From Alphaproteobacteria bacterium (GTDB lineage: Bacteria; Pseudomonadota; Alphaproteobacteria; Rs-D84), in NCBI GenBank assembly GCA_009783145.1, contig WRHR01000005.1, positions 194 through 64,193 of the forward strand: DNA of 64,000 nucleotides. Direction: 5' to 3'. The notes beneath the pieces were generated by a model. That model had not been told where the DNA came from. It ran no database searches and saw only the letters and a program-made list of their open reading frames with translations. The first letter of the stretch is position 1. Each line of letters opens with the position of its first letter. Position numbers and translations under genes: made by a program. Below, in pieces: positions 46,032 to 55,374 of the stretch.

Positions 46032-46057
46032 AAAATCCCGCTTTCGCGGGATTTTTT
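46030..46057. terminator. bidirectional rho-independent terminator
   Basis: AAAAAATCCCGCTTTCGCGGGATTTTTT. Confidence 0.7.
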
Positions 46058-46688
46058 ATCTGGAATAGAATTCAACGACCAGTTCCGGTTGCATTTGCAC
46101 CGGGTACGGAACGTCCGACAACTCCGGAATGCGTACGAATGTCGCGACGAAGTTCGTGCTGTCTACTTTCACATAGTCCGCAAACGGTCTTTCCGCCGAC
46201 TCCAGCGCAAGCACCACCAGCGGCATTTGCTTCGCTTTTTCGCCGACAGTAATCTCATCGCCTGGCTTTACCTGGTAAGACGAGATTTTCACTCTCTTTC
46301 CATTCACCAATACATGTCCGTGACTGACCAACTGGCGCGCGCTGAACACCGTCGGCGCCAATTTCGCGCGATATATCACCGCGTCCAGGCGGCGCTCCAG
46401 CAATCCGATCAGATTCTCGGAAGCGTTGCCTTTCATATTATTGGCTTCATCATAGTATTTATGGAATTTCTTTTCGCCGATGTTGCCGTAATAGCCCTTT
46501 AACATCTGCTTTGCCCTATGCTGTTTCGCATAGTCGGAGTTATTTCCGCCGCGGCTGGTCGGACCATGCTGGCCCGGCTTGTATTTTCTTTTATTAAACG
46601 GAGACTTCGCCTGACCCCACAGATTCACGCCCAAGCGGCGGGAGATCTTCAATTTTCTTGTGCTGCGCTTCGCGCCGTCACGTGCCAT
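46056..46688 (-). CDS. rpsD: ribosomal protein S4
   Basis: [13 protein letters not shown]4 RNA-binding domain [11 protein letters not shown]. Confidence 0.95.
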   Translation of the reverse strand: MARDGAKRSTRKLKISRRLGVNLWGQAKSPFNKRKYKPGQHGPTSRGGNNSDYAKQHRAKQMLKGYYGNIGEKKFHKYYDEANNMKGNASENLIGLLERRLDAVIYRAKLAPTVFSARQLVSHGHVLVNGKRVKISSYQVKPGDEITVGEKAKQMPLVVLALESAERPFADYVKVDSTNFVATFVRIPELSDVPYPVQMQPELVVEFYSR

Positions 46689-46854
46689 TTTTTATCCTTT
46701 TGGTTTTTCGGTGCCGGCATAATTGCAGAATCCTTATCGCGAATGAGACCAAAAGACATCATTGCTTAATCAGTTCTGGCGCGCCAGCGGGGCGTATATT
46801 ACAGGGAATTTTTGCGGAAGTCAAGAAAAAGGGCACAATTATGTGCCCTTACTA

Positions 46855-47166
46855 TTAATACGAAACGCAAGGTTTCTTGCATTCGCGCACTATGCGGGTT
46901 TCGGTCATGGTTCCGCGCGGCTCGTAAATCAGAACCGGCTGGTACACTTGATAATGTTCCGTGATTTCAGTATGAGTCTTCACACGGACCTGTTGGCCGC
47001 AGTTCTTTTTGCAAGGAACGTTCCAAGCAGGGTTGGCTTCGCGAACTTCGCGAACCGGATAATAGCCGCCGCGATAATCAGGCGTGGAATAATCCCAAGC
47101 CCCGTCACTGGCAGCCGCAGTGCCCATAATTCCAGCAAATACTGCAGATAAGATAACTTTCTTCAT
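46855..47166 (-). CDS. small secreted protein
   Basis: Signal peptide MKKVILSAVFAGIMGTAAA; 103 aa, 4 Cys. Confidence 0.5.
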   Translation of the reverse strand: MKKVILSAVFAGIMGTAAASDGAWDYSTPDYRGGYYPVREVREANPAWNVPCKKNCGQQVRVKTHTEITEHYQVYQPVLIYEPRGTMTETRIVRECKKPCVSY

Positions 47167-47281
47167 AGATAACTCCTTTAGGGTTGACAGAAATATAGCG
47201 CAAATTTTGGAGTTGTCAAGATTTATTTTGGGAGATAATTACAGGGGCGGGAAAACCCGCCCCCATAAACCAACAATCCAT

Positions 47282-49210
47282 TTATTTCATCACAAAATGC
47301 ACGTGGATTGACGGGCTTTTGCGATCGCCCAGCATCGGACGGATGACCTTTTTTACCGCCGCATCAACGGATTGCCGCAATGCATCCTGCGATTTTCGCT
47401 CCCCTTTGCCCAGGTCCTTTATCAGATTCGTGATTTCGATTTGGATTTGGCGCTTCGCGTAGCCCGTAGCGTCGGATTCGAACAATCCCGCGCTGGAGAC
47501 CTCGGGCACGTCTTTCAGGTATCCCCTTTTATCCACCGACAAGGTCACGAACACCGCTCCTTCGGTCGAAAGCTTTTTCCGGGTTTTCAGCACCGGATCG
47601 TCGCCGCTGCGCTCCGTTTCGCCTTCCATCACTATAAACCCGGCCTTGAAGCTTTCCGTCACATACGGCTCTTCGCCCTTGCGCAGCGCCACGATGTCGC
47701 CGTTATGCACCAGCATCATCGACTTGGCCCCGCCGCGCTCCATCGCCATCTTCGCGTTCAACATTTCCGTAACGTATTCGCCATGCATAGGGATGATTAC
47801 CTGCGGATGGACTATGTCATAGAACTTTTCATATTCCGGCCGGCCCGCGTGTCCGTTCGCGTGCAATTTCGCCGTGTCGAAAATGGTCTTCGTAGTAATG
47901 CCCATTTTCGCCAGCTTGTTATACAAGAACGATACCGCCGATTCCCGGCTGGGGATTATAATCGCGCTGAACACCACGGTATCCGTCGGCATCAGCTTCA
48001 GCTCTTTTACATGTCCGCGGCAAAGGCGCGTCAGCATGGCGTATTTCTCGCCCTGCGAGCCAGTCAGGTATATCGCCTGCTTTTCGGCCGGCAAGTCCTT
48101 GACCTCGCTGTGCAGCATTATATCTTTTGGCACATAGCCCAGCTCTATCCCCAGCTCGCGAAATTCCGGCAAGCCCACGAACGGCACGGGTTTGGGGTTG
48201 CTGCGCTCCTTTATGCAAGGCACGCGGCCGGCGGCCAATGCCGCCTTTGTGAATCCGTCCATGCGCGCCATACTGCGCGAGTATCCGGTGACCAGCACCC
48301 GCCCTGGAGCATTCTTCATTATATCTTCCAGAGTCTCGGCGACCTCCAGCTCCGTCGTCTGGACGGGTTGGCGCGTGATTTCCGTCGAATCATTGACGCA
48401 AGCCAGCAAGTCCGGATCGCTGCCTATCTCGCGCAATCTGGCGTAATTCGTCGGGCTTTCGATCGGAATCCCGTCGTTAAAGGTCCAGTCGCCGGTATGC
48501 AGTATTTTTCCCGCGCCGGTTTTTATCACCAGCATCTGCGCTTCGGGTATCGAATGGCTGACGTGAAAGTTTTCTATATCGAACGGGCCGACTTTGAACT
48601 GGGAGCCTTCGTGGTCTATGACAACGAAGTCGCTTGGCTTGTAATCGATTTCCAGCCCGTCGAATGTCCGCTTCATGAATTTTGCCACGAACCGAGTGCA
48701 ATAAATCGGGCACTTGAACTTGGGCCAGATATATTTAAGCGCGCCGACATGGTCTTCGTGTCCATGAGTGATAACTATTCCGACTATATCTTTCTTGCGC
48801 TTTTCCAAGTACTCCGTGTCGCTGTACTTCACGTCCTCGCCGCCGACATCCGCGTCCAAGAATCCCATTCCGCAATCGACGATCAGGTACTTGCCCTTGT
48901 ACTTATAGACGTACATATTCTGGCCGACGTGTTCCAGCCCGCCCATAGCGAAGAAGTAAATCACATCGTCGGGGTCGTCGGATTTTTGATTTACGATTTG
49001 CGATTTACGATTTGATTCCCCGGTTTTAGAGTTTTTAGTTTTTCCTTTGGCGATAGCAGCATCGGCGGCGGCAATCGCCACACCCTTGCCGTCATCCGAA
49101 AAAGGATCCGTAATATCCACATCGTCTTCCGTGTCATAATCGCCGTTATGCAAGAACGGCAAGTTGGCTATTTTGTCGTTCTCGTTTTTCTGTTTTTTAA
49201 GTTTTACCAT
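47282..49210 (-). CDS. rnj: ribonuclease J with ~85-aa N-terminal extension
   Basis: Metallo-beta-lactamase HGHEDHVGAL, beta-CASP region, RNase J C-terminal domain. Confidence 0.9.
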   Translation of the reverse strand: MVKLKKQKNENDKIANLPFLHNGDYDTEDDVDITDPFSDDGKGVAIAAADAAIAKGKTKNSKTGESNRKSQIVNQKSDDPDDVIYFFAMGGLEHVGQNMYVYKYKGKYLIVDCGMGFLDADVGGEDVKYSDTEYLEKRKKDIVGIVITHGHEDHVGALKYIWPKFKCPIYCTRFVAKFMKRTFDGLEIDYKPSDFVVIDHEGSQFKVGPFDIENFHVSHSIPEAQMLVIKTGAGKILHTGDWTFNDGIPIESPTNYARLREIGSDPDLLACVNDSTEITRQPVQTTELEVAETLEDIMKNAPGRVLVTGYSRSMARMDGFTKAALAAGRVPCIKERSNPKPVPFVGLPEFRELGIELGYVPKDIMLHSEVKDLPAEKQAIYLTGSQGEKYAMLTRLCRGHVKELKLMPTDTVVFSAIIIPSRESAVSFLYNKLAKMGITTKTIFDTAKLHANGHAGRPEYEKFYDIVHPQVIIPMHGEYVTEMLNAKMAMERGGAKSMMLVHNGDIVALRKGEEPYVTESFKAGFIVMEGETERSGDDPVLKTRKKLSTEGAVFVTLSVDKRGYLKDVPEVSSAGLFESDATGYAKRQIQIEITNLIKDLGKGERKSQDALRQSVDAAVKKVIRPMLGDRKSPSIHVHFVMK

Positions 49211-49335
49211 TTTATATTTTTCCTTTTTTGGTATTGAACATTACCCAAAGCGGGAAATTCATTGCGAATAAACAAACAAATTGAGTTTAGGAAATTTATT
49301 TGTAGTGAATCTCCGCCCTGGGCGGTACGAATGCA

Positions 49336-49364
49336 ATTCTACCATTCATTCGAAGCTGTGTCAA
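49336..49364 (-). promoter_or_regulatory. promoter TTGACA-17-TAGAAT upstream of rnj (5' UTR about 120 nt)
   Basis: -35 at 49364-49359, -10 at 49341-49336 on minus strand. Confidence 0.45.
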
Positions 49365-49389
49365 GAGGGACGGAATTCCGCCCCCACAA

Positions 49390-51150
49390 TCAGCCAATCG
49401 TCGCTTTTATACGGCGGACGCCGGCGGCGCTGGATTCTTCTTTTTGGATTTTGAATTTGCCCAAGTCGGCCGTATTCGCAGCATGCGGACCGCCGCAGAT
49501 TTCTTTCGAATAATCGCCTATCGTATAAACTTTTACCAGCTCGCCATATTTGCTTTCAAACACTCCCATAGCACCCGCCGCCTTGGCATCCGCGACCGTC
49601 ATTTCTTCGCACATCACCGGCAATCCGGCCGCGATTGCTTCATTAACTATTTGTTCCACTTGTGCCAGCTCTGCGGGTTCCATGCGCCGATCGAACGAAA
49701 AGTCAAAACGAAGGCGCTCGGCCGTGATATTCGCGCCTTTTTGAAAAACCGTATCGCCCAAGACCCTGCGCAATGCCGCCTGTAACAAATGCGCCGCGGT
49801 ATGCAGCTTTGTCGTTTCCTCGCTGTTATCGGCCAGGCCTCCTTTAAACTTATTTTCCGCCCCTGCCCTGGATTTTTCCTGATGCTCTGCATATAAACGA
49901 TGAAAGCCGTCCGTATCGACTTTGACACCGCGCTCGGTCGCCAGTTCCTGCGTGAATTCCAGCGGAAAGCCGTAAGTATCATAAAGCCGGAACGCGTCCG
50001 CCGCCGCCAGCTTTTTATCCGTCGCCGCGTCCAAGTATTTCGTTGCGATTTTCATCCCAGCGTCCAATGCCCGTCCGAACAATTCTTCCTCGCGATTCAG
50101 GTTCTTTATTATGAATTCCCGGTTGCGTTCCAATTCCGGATATACGTCCCTATAATTATCGACCACAACCTGCGCCACCGCCGACATAGCCTTTGCCGGA
50201 GCGCCCAGCCCGCTCAGATACCGATACGCCCTGCGAATCAGACGGCGCAATATATAGCCTTGATCCACATTCGACGGCATAATCCCCTTGTCGTCGCCAA
50301 GTATAAACGTCGAAGCCCGAAGGTGGTCGGCAACGATTCTGTATGCTTTGATATTAGGCTGGGCATATTTAGTTCCCGTCATCTCTTCTATTTTTTTAAT
50401 AATCGGCTGAAACAACTCCGTCTCGAAAACACTGGCCACGCCGTTCATCACGCAGAGCGTGCGTTCCAATCCCATTCCCGTATCAACATTTTGCTGTGAC
50501 AGGGGGGTATACTTGCCTTCCTTGTCCTTGTTATACTGCATAAAGACATTATTCCAGATTTCCAAATATTTGCCGCAGTTGCACGCCGGGCCGCAATCAG
50601 GTCCGCACTTTGGTTGGCCGTTGTCATAAAATATCTCTGTGTCCGGTCCGCAAGGCCCGGTTACCAGCCCCCACCAGTTTTCTTTTTTCGGATAAAAGAA
50701 AATACGCTCGTCCGGATAGCCCAGCGCGCGCCAAGCGTCCGCCGCCTCGTTATCGCGCGGAGCGTCCTGGTCCCCGGCAAAGCAAGTCACGGTTATTCTT
50801 TCCTGCGGGATTTTCAGGATTTGCGTCAAAAACTCGTGGCTGAACGCGATGGATTCTTTCTTGAAATAGTCCCCCAGAGACCAATTGCCCAGCATTTCAA
50901 AGAAGGTCAAATGACTGGCATCGCCGACTTCGTCGATATCGCCCGTGCGCAGGCACTTTTGAAAATCGACCAAACGGCGCCCCAACGGGTGTTTTTCTCC
51001 CAAAAGATACGGCAGCAGCGGATGCATGCCAGCCGTCGTGAAAAGTACTGACGGATCGTTTTCCGGCATCAAGGATGCCGACGGGATTTGTTTATGTCCG
51101 CGTTCGATGAAAAAATTTATAAAAAGCTGCCGCAGTTCGTTTGCTGTCAT
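49390..51150 (-). CDS. alaS: alanyl-tRNA synthetase, short form (586 aa)
   Basis: Class II catalytic core (FTTAGMHP, FEMLGNWS), editing-site HTAAHLL and CGGPH; ends right after AAGVRRIKA. Confidence 0.9.
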   Translation of the reverse strand: MTANELRQLFINFFIERGHKQIPSASLMPENDPSVLFTTAGMHPLLPYLLGEKHPLGRRLVDFQKCLRTGDIDEVGDASHLTFFEMLGNWSLGDYFKKESIAFSHEFLTQILKIPQERITVTCFAGDQDAPRDNEAADAWRALGYPDERIFFYPKKENWWGLVTGPCGPDTEIFYDNGQPKCGPDCGPACNCGKYLEIWNNVFMQYNKDKEGKYTPLSQQNVDTGMGLERTLCVMNGVASVFETELFQPIIKKIEEMTGTKYAQPNIKAYRIVADHLRASTFILGDDKGIMPSNVDQGYILRRLIRRAYRYLSGLGAPAKAMSAVAQVVVDNYRDVYPELERNREFIIKNLNREEELFGRALDAGMKIATKYLDAATDKKLAAADAFRLYDTYGFPLEFTQELATERGVKVDTDGFHRLYAEHQEKSRAGAENKFKGGLADNSEETTKLHTAAHLLQAALRRVLGDTVFQKGANITAERLRFDFSFDRRMEPAELAQVEQIVNEAIAAGLPVMCEEMTVADAKAAGAMGVFESKYGELVKVYTIGDYSKEICGGPHAANTADLGKFKIQKEESSAAGVRRIKATIG

Positions 51151-51195
51151 TTTTCTTTACCTTTTATTGTTCCGCGATTTTAAAACAACAAATTT

Positions 51196-51440
51196 CAAGT
51201 AGCAAGTAGAAAGTAGGAAGTAGGAGGTAGGAGGTAGGAAGTAGGAAGTAGGAGGTAGGAAGTAGGAAGTAGGAGGTAGGAGGTAGGAGGTAGGAGGTAT
51301 AAAAGGGCCGATAGTAATCTTTACCATACTAGTATGATAAGTATAAAATGCTTTGTTCGTTATATTCGTTATAATGGACATCATATTTATAACCTCCTAC
51401 TTCCTACTTCCTACCTCCTACTTCCTACTTTCTACTTCCT
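51196..51440. repeat. heptamer-arm hairpin H7 (GTAGGAA/GTAGGAG units), largest copy
   Basis: About 15 tandem GTAGNAR units at 51196-51300; complementary CCTCCTAC/TTCCTAC units at 51392-51440; interior has CATACTAGTATG palindrome (51325-51336) and core half-site GTTATAATGGACA (51368-51380). Confidence 0.8.
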
Positions 51441-51463
51441 ATCTTTTATGCTATAATTCAACT

Positions 51464-51949
51464 ATGAAGCCTGGATTGATGTTTCCCATTCTCGCCATTA
51501 TCGCGATTATTGTCGCGTCCAGTTTCGGGCTGCATATTTTCCCCACCGCGCCGATTCACAATCTCCCCGATTCGGCCCTTAACATCGCCCTGTTCGTCTG
51601 CCCGGAGGCGAACGAGACCTTTGACCTGATCGCGCAACAGCTATCTTATATCCAGGGCTCGCTGACTATCGTTTTCTTCTTCGTTTTCATGATATGGATC
51701 GCGATGCTGGGCTGGGCGCTGTATCAGAACCTGCTGCAGGATAAGTTTGTGGAGAAAAACTGGCAAAGCATTATGTTTCTGGGGAAAACTCTGTTCTGGA
51801 TAACGATAATCATCACGCTGCTGATGCACAGTCCGAACCACTTTCGGCGTGTGAATCTGCGCGGGGCGACCGGAGATTTCGTACTGTGCGAATCCAATAA
51901 TCCCGCATCCCGTCCGGTGCGCGCCGAGGCGGTATCCATAGCGCCTTAA
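51464..51949 (+). CDS. membrane protein
   Basis: Start moved to MKPGLMFPILAIIAIIV because upstream codons are translated heptamer repeats; three hydrophobic segments. Confidence 0.5.
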   Translation: MKPGLMFPILAIIAIIVASSFGLHIFPTAPIHNLPDSALNIALFVCPEANETFDLIAQQLSYIQGSLTIVFFFVFMIWIAMLGWALYQNLLQDKFVEKNWQSIMFLGKTLFWITIIITLLMHSPNHFRRVNLRGATGDFVLCESNNPASRPVRAEAVSIAP

Positions 51950-52042
51950 AAAAGCCCTTGACCTTTTCTCGCAAATTCTTCTATTATTTAAGCATACCAA
52001 GCAGATGCAAGGTAGGAATCAACCCTTCTAAAGGAGAAAAAT

Positions 52043-52315
52043 ATGAACAAAATGGAATTGATCGAAGCGATTGCTAACGAAACCGGCGCGACCAAAGCGA
52101 TGACCGGCGAATTTTTGGATGCGTTCCTCAACACCGTCACCAAAGTTCTGAAAAAGAAAGGCGAAGTCCGCCTGGTCGGATTCGGCACCTTTACAACCGC
52201 AAAGCGCAAAGCGACCACCGGCCGCAACCCGCAGACCGGCGCCGCCATCAAAATCCCGGCGTCGACCCAGCCGAAGTTCAAAGCTGGCAAAGCCTTGAAA
52301 GATGCGCTGAATTAA
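52043..52315 (+). CDS. hup: DNA-binding protein HU
   Basis: MNKMELIEAIA..., GFGTF, RKATTGRNPQTG, 90 aa. Confidence 0.95.
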   Translation: MNKMELIEAIANETGATKAMTGEFLDAFLNTVTKVLKKKGEVRLVGFGTFTTAKRKATTGRNPQTGAAIKIPASTQPKFKAGKALKDALN

Positions 52316-52330
52316 TAGCATCGTATTTTT

Positions 52331-52360
52331 AAAAAAACCGCCCGATCGGGCGGTTTTTTT
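52331..52360 (+). terminator. rho-independent terminator after hup
   Basis: AAAAAAACCGCCCGATCGGGCGGTTTTTTT. Confidence 0.7.
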
Positions 52361-52459
52361 GTTGTTCGCGATAACGGAAAATATTCCATCTGTACTTTTC
52401 TCCTTGCGAACTCTTGTATTTTCTAATATAATATTCTTACCAAACTAGGAGGAAATAAA

Positions 52460-52858
52460 ATGCCAATGAAAAAAACAACTAAAAAAACCGTCCACGCTAA
52501 AGCTCCGGCGGGCAAGGCGCCTGTGGCGGCAACGATGCCGGCCGCGCCAACCTGCGGATGCGGATGCCACGGCGGGCATTTCTGGAAAAAGCTGATAATC
52601 CTGATTATCGTTTTCGCGGCGGGCTTCGCGGTATGCAAATGCACCTGCCACCACAAGGGCTTTGAGGGCAAGCGCATGAATAAAGCCACGTTCGTGGACG
52701 GCTGTCTGGACTTGTCCAAAATAAACCGCCCGGCGATGGTTGAAAAAATGCTTCAGGCGGATCTGGACGGCGACGGCTGCATCACCAAGGAAGAACTGAA
52801 AGTCTTCTGGAAGGAAAAGCGCGGCATGGCCGATTCTGACACGGAAATCGAAGAATAA
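52460..52858 (+). CDS. membrane-anchored protein with one EF-hand-like loop
   Basis: DLDGDGCITKEEL matches the EF-hand calcium loop; CGCGCHGGH and CKCTCHH Cys/His clusters flank a TM helix. Confidence 0.55.
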   Translation: MPMKKTTKKTVHAKAPAGKAPVAATMPAAPTCGCGCHGGHFWKKLIILIIVFAAGFAVCKCTCHHKGFEGKRMNKATFVDGCLDLSKINRPAMVEKMLQADLDGDGCITKEELKVFWKEKRGMADSDTEIEE

Positions 52859-52886
52859 AAAATCCGCCGAACGGCGGATTTTTTTA
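52857..52886. terminator. bidirectional rho-independent terminator
   Basis: AAAAAATCCGCCGAACGGCGGATTTTTTT. Confidence 0.7.
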
Positions 52887-52908
52887 TAAGAATTTACTGC
52901 GCAAATTC

Positions 52909-53301
52909 TTAGGACGCTTTCTTCCAAAAACCCCAGCCGGATTTTTTATCGCCGTCATCGCGGCGCGGGCGGCGGTCGCCGTATCCGCGGTTTCCGTCGC
53001 GGTCGCCACGGTTTCCACGATCCCCGCGGTCCCCGAAAGACGAACGGCGATCTTGAAACGCCTTGGCGCTTGCCTCGTCGCGCTGGACCAATTTCAAAGT
53101 CGTGACCGACAGCTTGCCGTTGCGGACTTCATCATCAAACTCCACTACGTCGTTTTCGTTCAGGAACCTGATGTCCGCCGCGCGCAATGCGGACGAATGA
53201 ACGAACACGTCTTCCTTGTTTCCGGCCTCGTTAGCAGTATCCGGAGAAATAAACCCGAAACACTTTTTGCCGTTGTACCATTTTACTTTACCTGTACGCA
53301 T
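52909..53301 (-). CDS. cspA: cold-shock domain protein with Arg/Gly/Asp-rich tail
   Basis: GKVKWYNGKKCFGFISP (RNP1-like), VFVHSS (RNP2-like); tail DRGDRGNRGDRDGNRGYGDRRPRRDD; ATG 53301 chosen. Confidence 0.85.
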   Translation of the reverse strand: MRTGKVKWYNGKKCFGFISPDTANEAGNKEDVFVHSSALRAADIRFLNENDVVEFDDEVRNGKLSVTTLKLVQRDEASAKAFQDRRSSFGDRGDRGNRGDRDGNRGYGDRRPRRDDGDKKSGWGFWKKAS

Positions 53302-53436
53302 AACTTTACCTTTTTTTATGCTTGTTGCAGCTCGGCGACGCCGAACCTTTCGGCATTGTGCTATATGCGGTTCCACAAATCAAGAAAAATAAAATTGGGT
53401 TGCGTTTTGCCGCTGGGTATGTATAATTGCCCAGTT

Positions 53437-53512
53437 GCCGGTTTAGCTCATCTGGTAGAGCGGCTGATTTGTAATCAGCAGGTAGTTGGTTCGAGTCCGA
53501 CAACCGGCACCA
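53437..53512 (+). tRNA. tRNA-Thr(TGT)
   Basis: GCCGGTT-TA-GCTC-ATCTGGT-AGAGC-G-GCTGA-TTTGTAA-TCAGC-AGGTA-GTTGG-TTCGAGT-CCGAC-AACCGGC-A-CCA. Confidence 0.9.
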
Positions 53513-53625
53513 CACTTCGCGTCTGCGACGCTTCGTGTGGCAAGCCACGCGAAATGCGGAGCAGTGCAACGCGAAGTAGTGTCGCCCGAAGCCTTGGCGA
53601 AGGGGGACCGGCAAGCCACCAAAAA
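53508..53625. repeat. tRNA-3'-flank repeat, copy 2
   Basis: Same modules and order as 34745-34880, starting at the last acceptor-stem nucleotide of the tRNA. Confidence 0.8.
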
Positions 53626-53631
53626 TTACTT

Positions 53632-54465
53632 TTATTTCTTAAACAACAATATATACTCGTGTTTAAACACGTAATAGTCAGATGACAGTGCGCGATAGCG
53701 CCAAATATCGGTTTTCCCCTGTTTCGCCCGCGAACCGTCCATATTCTTGACCACTATGCTCTTCAGCGTCAGCCCCGCGTTCATGCACTCCTGCATGCAA
53801 TAGAAACCCAATGGCAGCCACCGGCCCCGCGCGTACTTATCCCCTATCACCACCGCCAGATGCCGGTCGTCCTCCAGCACTTCCATACAATTTCTGACCA
53901 CTTGGCCGAATTTTTCCACAAAGTCCGCCAATGTCTTCGCGTTGGATAAATCCGACGGCGCATCGCTGAACTTCAATATATCGAAATAAGGCGGATGAAG
54001 TATCACTAGCTGGACTTTCTCGCGGGCCTCATGGGCCAATCCTTCGCGCACCAGGTCGTACATTTCCGGCGCCGTGCTGTCCCCCGTCAGAAGCAATGAA
54101 AAAGTATTCTTCGGGCCGTCCAATGGCAAAGACGGCTGACCCAGCAGCCTTTGTCCTACATAATCAACTATATCCTGTTTTATATCGATCCCGATGAAAT
54201 TCCGACCCAATGTTTCGCACTCGTAAGCCGTGGTTCCGCCGCCCATAAACGGGTCAAGCACCGTATCGCCGGGCTTGGTAAATCTTTTTATAAACTGGCG
54301 CGGGATTTGCGGTATGAAATTTCCGTGGTATCCGCCTTCGTGTTTTCCGGAGTTGTCGCGCCTATCAATCAGCCACAGGCTGTCCGTTTCTATGTCGGAG
54401 AGAAGGCGCCATTCCTTCATATCAAAATCGTTGAACTTAGGCACAAGGGAAGTGTAAGACACCAA
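53632..54465 (-). CDS. N6/N4 DNA methyltransferase-like protein (orphan)
   Basis: YHGNFIPQIPRQFIKRFTKPGDTVLDPFMGGGTT (SAM-binding motif I block) followed about 80 aa later by ILHPPYF (motif IV). Confidence 0.7.
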   Translation of the reverse strand: MVSYTSLVPKFNDFDMKEWRLLSDIETDSLWLIDRRDNSGKHEGGYHGNFIPQIPRQFIKRFTKPGDTVLDPFMGGGTTAYECETLGRNFIGIDIKQDIVDYVGQRLLGQPSLPLDGPKNTFSLLLTGDSTAPEMYDLVREGLAHEAREKVQLVILHPPYFDILKFSDAPSDLSNAKTLADFVEKFGQVVRNCMEVLEDDRHLAVVIGDKYARGRWLPLGFYCMQECMNAGLTLKSIVVKNMDGSRAKQGKTDIWRYRALSSDYYVFKHEYILLFKK

Positions 54466-54515
54466 TTTTCAAAAGTCCAGTTTATTTTAAAGCGGATTTA
54501 TTATATAATAAAAGT

Positions 54516-55370
54516 ATGAAACGAGTTTTTCTCGCTGCTTTTTATTGCTTGTTTTTCGGCGGAGCCTTGGCCGTTGATTTTCCGGCAGTACAACAAGACA
54601 CCACGTTGCGCGCGGCGGGCTTTCCGGAATCGAAATTCGATTACTCATTCACCGAGCGGGTTGCCGCAATGCGTGAGGGCTACGCTCCGTTCGAAACCCA
54701 ATACGACGCCAACGGCAATTGCGTATCCGGATGCGCTTATCAGGGAATGAATATCGACACCGAAGCCCGGCGTCTGGAGCGCGACATCGCCATAACTCAG
54801 CAAAAAATAGCTGATTACCGCGCCTTGCACCCAGAGGTGTCGGGGTCGGCGCAAGAATATGCACAGCAACCGAACGTGACAACCGCACCGACACTTACAC
54901 CGGCACCAACAACGCCAACGGCGGCGGCGCGATGCCAGCCCCTGAATTCGGCGATTCCGAATCTGCAGACTATACCGCTGGGGCTGCCTTTATTGGGCGC
55001 GCCGCGGATTACATCCGGCTTTCAGCCGGCCAGAAAGAATCCCGTGGACGGTAAGGTTCGCGACCATAACGGCATCGATTTTGCCGCCCCACAGGGCACG
55101 CTGATCTTTTCGCCCGCAAGCGGAACCGCAGAGCGCGTGTTTCAGGACTCTGCCTGCGGCAAAGGCGTCATTATAAAGCACGGCGAGGGCTTTTCGACCC
55201 TTTACTGCCACTTGTCGGACAACAGCATAGTGCGCCAAGGCGAAGCGGTCGGCGCCGGGTGTCTTGTCGCAAAAACCGGAAATACGGGGCGGTCCACCGG
55301 CCCGCACTTGCACTATGGCATTTATCTGAACGGATTATTTGTTCCGCCGGAGAATTTTATTTCAAGGTAA
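54516..55370 (+). CDS. M23 family metallopeptidase
   Basis: Signal peptide; HNGIDFAAP and GNTGRSTGPHLHYGIY zinc-binding motifs. Confidence 0.85.
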   Translation: MKRVFLAAFYCLFFGGALAVDFPAVQQDTTLRAAGFPESKFDYSFTERVAAMREGYAPFETQYDANGNCVSGCAYQGMNIDTEARRLERDIAITQQKIADYRALHPEVSGSAQEYAQQPNVTTAPTLTPAPTTPTAAARCQPLNSAIPNLQTIPLGLPLLGAPRITSGFQPARKNPVDGKVRDHNGIDFAAPQGTLIFSPASGTAERVFQDSACGKGVIIKHGEGFSTLYCHLSDNSIVRQGEAVGAGCLVAKTGNTGRSTGPHLHYGIYLNGLFVPPENFISR

Positions 55371-55374
55371 GGTA

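Noticed and set aside
47372-49015. 547-aa plus-strand ORF
   Set aside because: It is antisense to rnj. Its composition is typical of a shadow ORF, and no motifs are recognisable.
51157-51463. ORF 51157-51384 (minus strand) and the first 37 codons of ORF 51353-51949, with PPTSYFL-type repeats
   Set aside because: They are pure translations of the GTAGGAR heptamer array. A normal start with a hydrophobic N-terminus exists at 51464.
53632-55370. Restriction-modification system
   Set aside because: Only the methyltransferase-like gene is present. The neighbour is an M23 peptidase with clear zinc motifs, and no nuclease-like ORF is present.
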